A stretch of 52,220 nt of DNA, taken from NCBI GenBank assembly GCA_026023565.1, contig JAPETS010000077.1:1-52220 (forward strand). The letters run 5' to 3'. The position numbers and the translations under genes were made by a program. The stretch is from Cirrosporium novae-zelandiae. Lineage: Eukaryota. The notes under the pieces are model-generated. The model was given only the letters and a program-made list of their open reading frames with translations, did not search any database and had not been told where the DNA came from. This document shows, in pieces, positions 43,335 through 52,220 of this stretch. Numbering within the stretch: the first letter of the stretch is position 1; each line of letters begins with the position of its first letter.

Positions 43335-46300
43335 ATTGGTATACTTTTATTTGGTGAAGAGTTTGTTCGATAGCATTTTCGCAGGAGTTTTCGGGGCAAA
43401 TTGGCAAAGGCGTTTAGGGAGGGCATTATTATGATGATGATACCAAGGGATAAATGGTACTCGATGGCAGACTCTGGTACTAGGTATTTTGTATTATTTA
43501 TTTATCCATCGCCATGTTGTGGGGGAGGTAGAATTATGGCATTGCATCCACCATGAGTCTAGCCTTCAAGCTGGTATGAAGTTGATGGTGGATTACGTCT
43601 CAAACATCTGCAATGAAAAGAAATATTGAAACTCGGCTCAACAGGTCCCATCTTGGTAGACATTTCGGACATGATATTCTGGTAGATCCTATTATGGACA
43701 GTAAACCAAACACCAAAGCTCAATGACCAAATGGAGAGATGGCGAACATATTACTGGACAGCATGGCCCCCCCCCCCTTCTACAAATACGAGTCTACGCG
43801 TCAGGAAATCTAGGAAACGAAAGAGATTCGGAATCCTTCGCATTTGATCTTCAATCGATGATCGTGGAGACATGGATTCGACGCCGGTGCGCAAAAGGCT
43901 GAAAGGGGCTTGCAGCCACTGTTTCGGATCTGGGGGTTGGGGTTCTACAGTATATATACCAAAGTTGTACCAAAAGTTGTTACCCAGAACTCAAATTTCC
44001 TGCATCCAAGACGTGGTGAATGCTGCAAGAATTGTCGACCAAACAGCAAATGATGGGCGGGAGTGACATCTAAGACACATTTAAGGATAATTCCGTAGAG
44101 GCAACTCGTGTCGGAGAAAATTAGACTAGTAGGAGAATATCTTTTCCACATCTAAATTCCCCAATAGGCAATGATGAGCGTGAGGGGGAGAATAAAGAGG
44201 AGGTGGTTTAGGGTCAAGTTCAAGGTGGAAGGAAGTGGAGAAATTTTAAAAAAGAAATTGAATAGTTTGCAAACTTGGCAGTTGATAGACCATCTATTTA
44301 CTTCTCAGAAATAGCAATAGCGGCTTTCTTTAAACGTTGTTAAAGCAATTCCTTTAATTATCCTGTATTATTCTTAAGAGTGACTACGGGTAGGTTGGAA
44401 ATTGGCAACGGTTTGTTTTGGGTTGGAGGCTTTTTTGGACGGACCTCTTGGACCAAAGTCGCATGACACGTTTCTAGCGCTTGGGTGGGTTGGATAATTA
44501 CAGTCCTTGGATGGCGAATGTGTTGGTTTTAGTGTACTCGAGTAATTATTAAACTTGTCCACGACCTTTGCGGTAGTTCGCGGTATGTTTTTTTTTTTCT
44601 TGCGGAGACTAGGGAGTCCTTGGTTAAGCTTGGTTAAATCCCGCCAAGTCCCTACCAAACCAACATGGGCAAGTGGATCTCAAATAGAGTGTGGGGGAGA
44701 AGCAATTTATTTTGGACGGAAAAGTGCAGGATTTTTTTTTTATTTTTTTTTGTCTGGTCCACGATGAAAAAAAGAGATTATTGATTTGATTTAATTAATT
44801 GGATAATATCTATAGTTAGTTATCAGATGCATCTCTCTTTCTCTCTCTTTGGTATCTTTGGATTGCTGGATGTTGATTGTGACAATAACGGAAACAAATA
44901 CATAAATACATAAATAACTTGAAATTTTATTCTCCTGTTTTATGATCTCCAGGGGAAGTGGAGAGATATGACCAAAGACTTGTTTGAACCTTGGGAAGAA
45001 AAACGCACATGACAAAAGGTGGGAGAGTGGGAAGGTCATGGTGGAAGAAGTCATTCAGTACTTGTAGGCCTGAGGCTTTACTCAAGCAGGTCACCAGTAA
45101 GTGGCACGAGCCAATCCTGAAATCTCCGAGGTCAAAAGGGTCGTTCCCAGTGGTCCCCGTCAGTTAAATCCCTGAGACATTCTTATTAACTTATCCATCC
45201 TTTACTACATATAGTTAATCCTATCCATTCTGACCACCCATCCCTTATCCTTCCCATCCTTGAGGCCGAGACCGAGGGGGGAAGGTCGGCCAATAGTCAG
45301 GTGTAGTTGATGAACTGGATTACAACGGTCATTTACTGAGGACAAGGGTTCCTTTCAAATATTGGTCAAATTCTTCAAGTCTTTGAAGTGTTTGATTTTG
45401 AAGAACTGGCATGAACTGATTGATTTGAACCATAGCAAGATAGGCTCGGAATGATCACCGACATCCTTTACTTCCTTGAAGCAATCCAGCCAAAACCAGC
45501 CAACCATTGGCAGCCAGACATGAGTGGACTGTGCATATTCAGGACTGTCCTCAAAGAAATGGTGGTGGGCCCATAGGGTGCCTACTTCCAATGAACAAAC
45601 TTTCTGCACACTTACGCACTTGATGGTGGATTTGGTGGCACGGTGGTCTTAGCAATCTGGGGTAGACTTTGTTTCTCAACCATCGGTCCAGTGGCCACCA
45701 GTCACATTGGAGCCGAACCATCCTTGAGCATCCATAGTCCTCCCGTCGATATCGCATGCAGCAATCGGGCAATTTTCATATTCGCAATCAACCTAAATCT
45801 ACTCCCCTACTTACTTGGTACCTTGTGTTCACCTTGCTGGCCTTGTAAGAGTCAAAAAGATCCCCAAAGGCAATTGAATGACACCGAGGGATTGAGCGAA
45901 CAAGCTGATAGGTACCACGGTATTGTCGCAAACAAAACCCGGTGGAACCAAAATGCATTTCAAACTTGAACCACAAAGTCTGGAAAAGGCCGTGGACTGA
46001 TCATTGCTCTTCCAAACGCTTGATAGGCTTATAGGCTTTTCGTTCAGGTGAGATGGTTAGATAAAACCAACGGGTTTACTAAATAACTAGCAGGCGGTTT
46101 TAGGTGTCCTATACTAAAGTAGTTGTTCTAGCTTTACCTATGCTAACTTTCTAAGGACCACTACAGAAACCCTTTTGGTATCTTTTCCATCCAAAGTCTT
46201 TCTGTCTTCTCCTCTCTCCGAATACCTTCAATAATCCTGTTCCAGCCCATGTTACCTAAATTCTGAAAATGGAACTGGAACTGGAAATAGATGGTCGTCC

Positions 46301-46781
46301 ATTTTTTCCGCATGCGGTCCGAGAATTCATGGATGCAGGCGGGGTGCAGGGACGGTGCGCCCATGCTTACTCTCCCATTTCCTTCTCCCTGGGTTCACTC
46401 TGCCACTGACCGTTAGTGATCATCATTCTTCTCAAATACTTGTTGACAGCCTTTTGCCTTTTTTTCCATTTGCCCCTCCTTGTTCACCGATTATAGCGCC
46501 TATATGCGCCTTTTCTCACTTCAACCTACCTACCATAGGTCAAATAGTCATTCCTTCCCAAACAGCATTCTGTGTACCATAGTACCATATTTGTGTACCT
46601 AACACTTAATTGCTTGCCTTCCTGCCCTATGAACATTCATTCACTCACTCACTTAATTTCTTAATTCTTTTTTAAATTCCATATTGTTGTAATCATCGTC
46701 GTCTATACCCATAATCGATAATCCGCCATAACGTCACTTCACTATCGACCTCTTTATATATCAAGAGTTTGAGAACACACC

Positions 46782-48950
46782 ATGACGATTCATATCCGCC
46801 CTCTCACGGTCGACGACATCGATTCTGCTATTCAATATCTCCAAGAGGCTGCTACCACTCAAGGGGCTTTAACTCCTAACCAAGTAGGCCCAAGATTATC
46901 CAAAAAGTCCTCGGCTATATCATTACGGAACCTCCTGACCCATGGCATTAACGACGAACATGCTCGTGTTCACATAGCTGTCGATAATGGAAGCCTCTCT
47001 CCCAGCGGGTCTACATCCATTCATGGCGTCTCTATGTGGCTTCTTGCCACACCTCCCAGTGATCAGAATAACTCCTCCTTGACAGTAAACAGGGCTCGAC
47101 GACTGTCGCGAAGATTCTCAGTAGCGCTTGGTTCTATTGTCCACAGGGATGAGGAGAGACGACTGCATGTCTGGAAGAGATGGGCAAAGACAGGATGCTG
47201 CGTTAACTGTTTCTTGGTTGTAAAAAAGGGAGAAGCAGTAGAAGCAAGTTTAGGATTGATGGATGAAGGGTCATCATTGGTGGCAAAGGATAAAGGTCAC
47301 ACGATGTATGTGGACGCTGATGACGAGAAGACTTGGGAAAGGTTAGGGTTCAAGGTGAAGAGTGACGAAGAGTTGGAAGGGAAGCGCTGGTGTTGTATGG
47401 TGAAGGAGCCAATTTCGGTCAAAAAACCCGTGGAGTCTGAACCTGAGGAAGTTCCCGAGATCAAGGTCGCCGAGGATTCAGAGCCGAAAGATATCCCAGC
47501 AGTACCAGAAACAGTCCCAGAAATAGTCCCAGAAACAATACCAGAAGATGAACCCTTAGCGGCGATACCAGCAACTTCAAGTGCGACGGTAGAGACGGAA
47601 CTCGGTGCTGCTCAGTCTACCACATCGGAGGCCGTCTCTCTCCCAACACCATCGATCCAGATAAACATAATTGCTAATGTAGAAGCCCCTTGCTCAACCA
47701 CCGACGCTATTCAGGAGGCCAGCGAACAAGCTATGAATGAGACCACATCAACACCCTTGGAAACTTCCAACGCATCCAAGCATGATGAACCGGACCACCA
47801 TGATGAGATTCAGGATGCCACAACTAATTCAGATGAAGTTAATGTCGAATCATTAATTAAAGTTGAAGATAATTCGCTGCCCATAGCCGAAGTCCCGGAG
47901 AAGAAAGAGGATCGACCTGAGCCGGAGGCCCATACTGAGTTAGAGGTTCCCATTGAATCACTTGTTGAATCATCTGTTGAAGCTCCCGTTGAGGCTCCTA
48001 TTGAAGCTCCTATTGAAGCGCCTGTTGAGGCTCCTGTTAAACCGGATGAGCCTATTATACCACCAAAACCTGAGCCTCTTACACCCATTCCGGTTCGGGA
48101 GGACCCAGAGCCAGTTAATTATAAAGAATTCAGGCAGAATGAAGATGAGCCTAAGCCTAAGCCTGCTCTAGATCCACATCTTCCTACTAAGAAGGAGCTC
48201 AAGCAACAGAAGGAAGAAGCGAAAAAGCTTTTGAAACTGGCCAAGTTGCTAGAGAAAGCGGAAAAGAAGAGGATGAAGGAGGAGGAAAAGGCAAGGAAGA
48301 AGGAAAGTAAACTTAATGCAAAGACTAGGGGTCGGTCTCAGAGTCATTCAGAGAAGTCAAGAAGTAAGAAAGACCTGGGTCGGAGCAAGTCCAGAAGACA
48401 CTCTATTTTCCTACCTAATCGAAAAGGAAGCTTGTCATGTAGTGATGTTGCAGCCGAGGAGTGGAAAGAACACCTCACCGCTACAGCCAGCACAAGTAGT
48501 AGGAAGCACAGCGTGCAGGAGAGGATTCCTCCAACTGTCCCTGAGTCGAAGGAATTACAAGTCGAAAAGCCAAAACTTTCTACTCATGTTACTCCAAGCT
48601 CGACGGACAAGAAACTCAACAAAGAACACAACTTCAGGAAAACGTTCCTGGGAAAGGATATTGGTATCCGGATTGATGTTCCACCTCCTCCCTCTCGTGA
48701 CTCTGAAAGTAGTCGGAGTGTACAAAAAATCAAGCAATGGCAGATGGGAATGCTTGCACCAACCAGTGACCCTCAAGCAGCATTACGGAAAGATATATCC
48801 ATCGGGGAGTGCTCACCAACGTCAAGTACCACCAGTTTTAGTCCTTTGAGCCCCATTTCTCCTATGAGTCCATTTAGTCCAACGAGGTCATTTAACAAAG
48901 AGGGCCCTATCCCTCAGCCTAAGGCTGAAGTTGATTATGTATGCTGGTGA
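46782..48950 (+). CDS. Divergent GNAT-fold domain fused to a long acidic/Pro-rich disordered region and a K/E-rich helix, ~722 aa
   Basis: First ~210 aa (IRPLTVDDIDSAI..HIAVD..IHGVSMWL..LHVWK..MYVD..WERLGF..CMVKEP) parallels a fungal GNAT family; xEAP 12-nt repeats at about 47950-48040. A terminal intron 48939-49014 (GTATGC..CAG) could give the alternative end RDFIMKTRSF* at 49047. Confidence 0.8.
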   Translation: MTIHIRPLTVDDIDSAIQYLQEAATTQGALTPNQVGPRLSKKSSAISLRNLLTHGINDEHARVHIAVDNGSLSPSGSTSIHGVSMWLLATPPSDQNNSSLTVNRARRLSRRFSVALGSIVHRDEERRLHVWKRWAKTGCCVNCFLVVKKGEAVEASLGLMDEGSSLVAKDKGHTMYVDADDEKTWERLGFKVKSDEELEGKRWCCMVKEPISVKKPVESEPEEVPEIKVAEDSEPKDIPAVPETVPEIVPETIPEDEPLAAIPATSSATVETELGAAQSTTSEAVSLPTPSIQINIIANVEAPCSTTDAIQEASEQAMNETTSTPLETSNASKHDEPDHHDEIQDATTNSDEVNVESLIKVEDNSLPIAEVPEKKEDRPEPEAHTELEVPIESLVESSVEAPVEAPIEAPIEAPVEAPVKPDEPIIPPKPEPLTPIPVREDPEPVNYKEFRQNEDEPKPKPALDPHLPTKKELKQQKEEAKKLLKLAKLLEKAEKKRMKEEEKARKKESKLNAKTRGRSQSHSEKSRSKKDLGRSKSRRHSIFLPNRKGSLSCSDVAAEEWKEHLTATASTSSRKHSVQERIPPTVPESKELQVEKPKLSTHVTPSSTDKKLNKEHNFRKTFLGKDIGIRIDVPPPPSRDSESSRSVQKIKQWQMGMLAPTSDPQAALRKDISIGECSPTSSTTSFSPLSPISPMSPFSPTRSFNKEGPIPQPKAEVDYVCW

Positions 48951-50234
48951 GACGAAATAATGAAGTTTTGTTTGCATCATTCATTATGCATGGCATAACG
49001 TTTACTGCGTACAGCGGGATTTCATTATGAAGACGAGGAGTTTTTGAGTATTATGAATCATCGACATTCGTTCTTCTCAATATATTTTTTTGGGTTATCG
49101 ATGGCGTCGAGGAGGAGAAAAGCAATCGTTGATAAAGCATTTTGCATATCATTTTTGGGCAAAGGGAAAAAAAAGCGAAATGTGGGTACGAGAGAAGAAG
49201 AAACGAGCAAGCAGCAGCAGGAACTAGTGTTATTATTATATACCATGCAGTACTGTTGTAAGCAGGAGATGACAGGCCAACAGCAGCAGCAGATACGAAG
49301 GATACCCACAAATTCAAATCAAATTCTCTTATTTATCTAATCATCATATTGGATTTTTCTTGGGATCCCGTCCCCGGTTTTCTCGTATTCCTTCCTACCC
49401 TTCTTCGCTTATCACATTTAGTAATGTCTTGGATTGTCAGATGTCCAATCCATGTCCCCAGACAGACAAACAAGAAAACACCGCGCCCAGGTTTTAACTT
49501 ATCTGGCATAAACTACTACCTAAGGGTACTTGATAACGGAAACAACGGTTTCTGGAGCAGGATCCTCCTCCCTTCCCTACTTTTCTTGGTCTTTACTTGT
49601 AAGCGAGGCCAACTGTTACGGAATGCCAAGCCACATGCAGCGACATCATGTGACCCAGGTCACATGACCCACTGTATGTAGATCTGTGGTTTCTGTTAAG
49701 GATCTCGGAATATGCCGTGCCAAGACTATATAGTATAACTAGAATATTTATATTTTGGATAAATTTAATAAAGAACGATACACAAAATCACAGATCCTTA
49801 CCTTGCGGCTTCGACTGGACTTAGAACCTCAAGTCATAGATTCTACACACCAGTTATACACCTAGACATCAGCCTCACTGAGCCCATATCCTAGGCGTCG
49901 TAACACCAACCTAAAAAGAAAGAAAGTAAAATTGATCAACGCTCATGATTTTCAAACGCCGTGTTTTTTAGTCTTTATGTTTAATTGATTAATTTGATGA
50001 TGATGGTTCATTTTTATTTATTGTCCGTATGCTTTGTTGCCTTCAGGTTTATGGCGGATATACAGTAGTAGTAGTAACTTGATGAATTTTTTTTTTAATT
50101 TTTTGTTGCTTGCAATGGGTGTTAAATAAGTTGTCAATGGATTATGGATTTTGTTATGCTATAAGTGAGCTCCCACCATAGATATTAGGACGGCAGTCAT
50201 TATATCCACAACAGTTAACACCCTCACCAGTAGG

Positions 50235-50367
50235 CCTCAGATTCCCACACGTTTTTTATTCTACCTTTTCATCACCTCAGATTCCCATATCCTAGATTCT
50301 CACCCGTCTGTTATTCTACTTTCTCATCACCTCAGATTCCCATACATCTTTTATTCTATCTTCTCTG
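50235..50367. repeat. ~40-bp imperfect tandem repeat (3 near-full copies plus 1 truncated) upstream of the coiled-coil gene
   Basis: CCTCAGATTCCCAYAC...TTATTCTACYTTYTCATCA-type units start at 50235, 50275 (truncated), 50291 and 50330. Confidence 0.85.
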
Positions 50368-50455
50368 TTACGATTCTCTGGCGGCTCTCAGAGATTACTT
50401 TCAAGTCCTACGTGGACTTTGCTCCTGGACGTATCGTGCGACGGTACAATAAAAA

Positions 50456-52220
50456 ATGTCAGAAGATAGATCTTTGTTTACCTCAGGGGGTAGTGGAGAT
50501 GACAGAAATGCTCAAGCCCTCGTCGCCTCTCAACTACAAGGTCGGGATATAGCTGACAATGCCACTGCACAGCTATATGAAGATTTCAAGAATACCCTTG
50601 AAGAGGCTCAGACTAGTCTTATTTTTCTTCCTGAAGTTGCTATGAATAAGGATATAGTCATTCTCGAATTTGAAAATATTGTCCAGCGTTGCAAGAAGGC
50701 CTTCGACGCATTTGATCAGTATATCAACGAGGCTAGCAAACAACAAACAATCATAAAAGACCTCGAAACACGTGCTGAATCTGCGGAAACAGAGTTTCAA
50801 CAAGCAGAACAGAAGGTGCAGCAAGCACAACAAGAGCTGGAGAAGCTTGAACAGGAAGTGCAGAGCTTCGAACGCCAAAAGGTGGGCTGGGATCAATATG
50901 AAAAATCATTGGACGGTAAATCCAAAATAGTGGAAGCACAACTGGCAGAGCTCCAAGAACGTGGACGGGAATTGAGATTAGGAGATGCTAAATTGAAAGA
51001 CGATAAAAAAGCTGTCGAGCAAGGTCAGCACAGTTGCAGAGAACTACTCCGAGAGGCGAATCTTCTCGCGGCAGATGTGTCTAAACGCAGAGATTCTGTT
51101 GCAAGATTGGAAAAGAACTTGGAAATGGATATGAAGCATCTTGTTGCCGCTTTCGAGGTATTTCGTTCTCTGTCAGCTGTCGTTCCCAACCCTCCTTTGG
51201 ACCCTGTCACAAGCGATTCACAGACCCATATCCTTGCTACAATGATACGAGATAAAATCCAAGAGCTCGAGGCACAACTAGCAAGGTACGAATTACGACA
51301 AAATAATATGTTGGGGGAAGTACAAACCGCACAGGAAAGCCTAAGAGATACAAAAGAAAGGCTTACATTGGCAGAAGAAAATCTCAGGTCAAGAGAGGAG
51401 AATTTGCGGTCAACGGAAAGAAAATTGAAGTTAACGGAAGAAAAGCTCAGGTCAACAGAGGAGAGCCTCGAGTTAACAGAGGAAAAGCCCAGATCGAAAG
51501 CAGTCCAAGTGTGCGAGCTAGTCAAGATAGCCAAGTCTAGTGATACACAGCTTGACCTTCTCAATAAGAATATGGACACATTGAACCAAAATCTTGAGGA
51601 ACAGGCGACTCAAATACAGGATAAAGACCTTGTGATCGAGCAGCTGAAAGACGAACTCGCAGATGCAGAGGCCAGGATAAAAGAACAAGCAATTCGAGAG
51701 CGGGCGACCCTCGGTAACAGTGAGAAGGCTCTATTAGCACAGCAGGAAAAGAATACTCGTTTGAGGAAGACAGTCGAAGACTTTAGAGTCGAGCTTGCTA
51801 GTGCCCAAAGACAACAAGAAGAGGCCGAAACCCGAGCAGAGGCATCAGACCAAAGGTTTGAGGAGCAACTAGAAATAGCAGCAACCTGCAAGGTTGCAGA
51901 AAGAGTTGCCGGAGAGACTATTATCGCGCAGGCTAACCAATTATCCAAGCTTCAAGGGGCTAGAGATGATATACTATACCAAAATTTGGATCGATTAGCC
52001 GAGAACAGATCTCTGAGGGAACAACTGGCTGCTGCTCAAAACAGTCTTAGACAGCAACAAGAGAGACAAGAGAGACAACAGGAACAGCAGGAGCAGCAGG
52101 AGCAGCAGGAGCAGCAGGAGCAGCAGGAGCAGCAGGAGCAGCAGGAGCAGCAGGAGCAGCAGGAGCAGCAGGAGCAGCAGGAGCAGCAGGAGCAGCAGGA
52201 GCAGCAGGAGCAGCAGGAGC
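50456..52220 (+). CDS. Long coiled-coil protein, 3'-partial (at least 588 codons, no stop before the window end)
   Basis: Open frame from ATG 50456 (MSEDRSLFTSGGSGDD...), E/Q/K/L/R-rich heptads, TEEKLRS-type 21-nt repeats at about 51329-51496, ending in (QQE)n. Missing from the ORF track because it has no stop codon in the window. Confidence 0.85.
   Translation, partial: MSEDRSLFTSGGSGDDRNAQALVASQLQGRDIADNATAQLYEDFKNTLEEAQTSLIFLPEVAMNKDIVILEFENIVQRCKKAFDAFDQYINEASKQQTIIKDLETRAESAETEFQQAEQKVQQAQQELEKLEQEVQSFERQKVGWDQYEKSLDGKSKIVEAQLAELQERGRELRLGDAKLKDDKKAVEQGQHSCRELLREANLLAADVSKRRDSVARLEKNLEMDMKHLVAAFEVFRSLSAVVPNPPLDPVTSDSQTHILATMIRDKIQELEAQLARYELRQNNMLGEVQTAQESLRDTKERLTLAEENLRSREENLRSTERKLKLTEEKLRSTEESLELTEEKPRSKAVQVCELVKIAKSSDTQLDLLNKNMDTLNQNLEEQATQIQDKDLVIEQLKDELADAEARIKEQAIRERATLGNSEKALLAQQEKNTRLRKTVEDFRVELASAQRQQEEAETRAEASDQRFEEQLEIAATCKVAERVAGETIIAQANQLSKLQGARDDILYQNLDRLAENRSLREQLAAAQNSLRQQQERQERQQEQQEQQEQQEQQEQQEQQEQQEQQEQQEQQEQQEQQEQQEQQEQQE
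52085..52220 (+). repeat. Coding 9-bp tandem repeat (CAGCAGGAG)n, at least 15 copies, encoding (QQE)n
   Basis: Perfect repeat to the end of the window, preceded by diverged units CAACAAGAG/AGACAAGAG/CAACAGGAA. Confidence 0.95.

Noticed and set aside
43872..44066. RKRLKGACSHC resembling the start of a Zn2Cys6 domain
   Set aside because: The remaining four cysteines and conserved Lys are absent.
45330..45980. Overlapping short ORFs upstream of the GNAT-like gene
   Set aside because: No recognisable domain, and stops occur in all frames.
50573..51948. Minus-strand Leu/Ser-rich ORFs of 62-184 aa
   Set aside because: Antisense shadows of the plus-strand coiled-coil ORF starting at 50456.

Overview
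Eukaryotic nuclear DNA from a filamentous ascomycete (Pezizomycotina-type). Evidence: short GT-AG introns with CTRAY-type branch points, a dispersed 5S rRNA gene and standard-code fungal genes. The window begins in a poly-G run and ends inside a (CAGCAGGAG)n repeat, so it is probably a whole contig. Left conserved block: ZNF511-like C2H2 protein (-), Est1/SMG7-family protein (+), adenosine kinase (-) and a CAX-family cation exchanger (+). Gene-sparse accessory-looking middle (~15-39 kb): SAM methyltransferase, 5S rDNA, a repeat relic, TRI7-like MBOAT O-acyltransferase, an ABCC transporter pseudogene, a secreted carboxylesterase, a TPR-SET protein, a degenerate NAD(P)-binding-fold protein and an F-box protein. 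Right block: conserved hypothetical coiled-coil protein, T5orf172/MUG113-domain protein, a degenerate GNAT fusion, and a long coiled-coil ORF running off the end (absent from the ORF track). Exon-intron structures were read by eye and family assignments come from recalled motifs, not database searches. I found no CRISPR array, tRNA or intact transposon, and no clearly new biological system. The best leads are the accessory tailoring/detox-type island, apparent pseudo-enzymes, uORFs on the NMD-type gene, and two unusually long introns.
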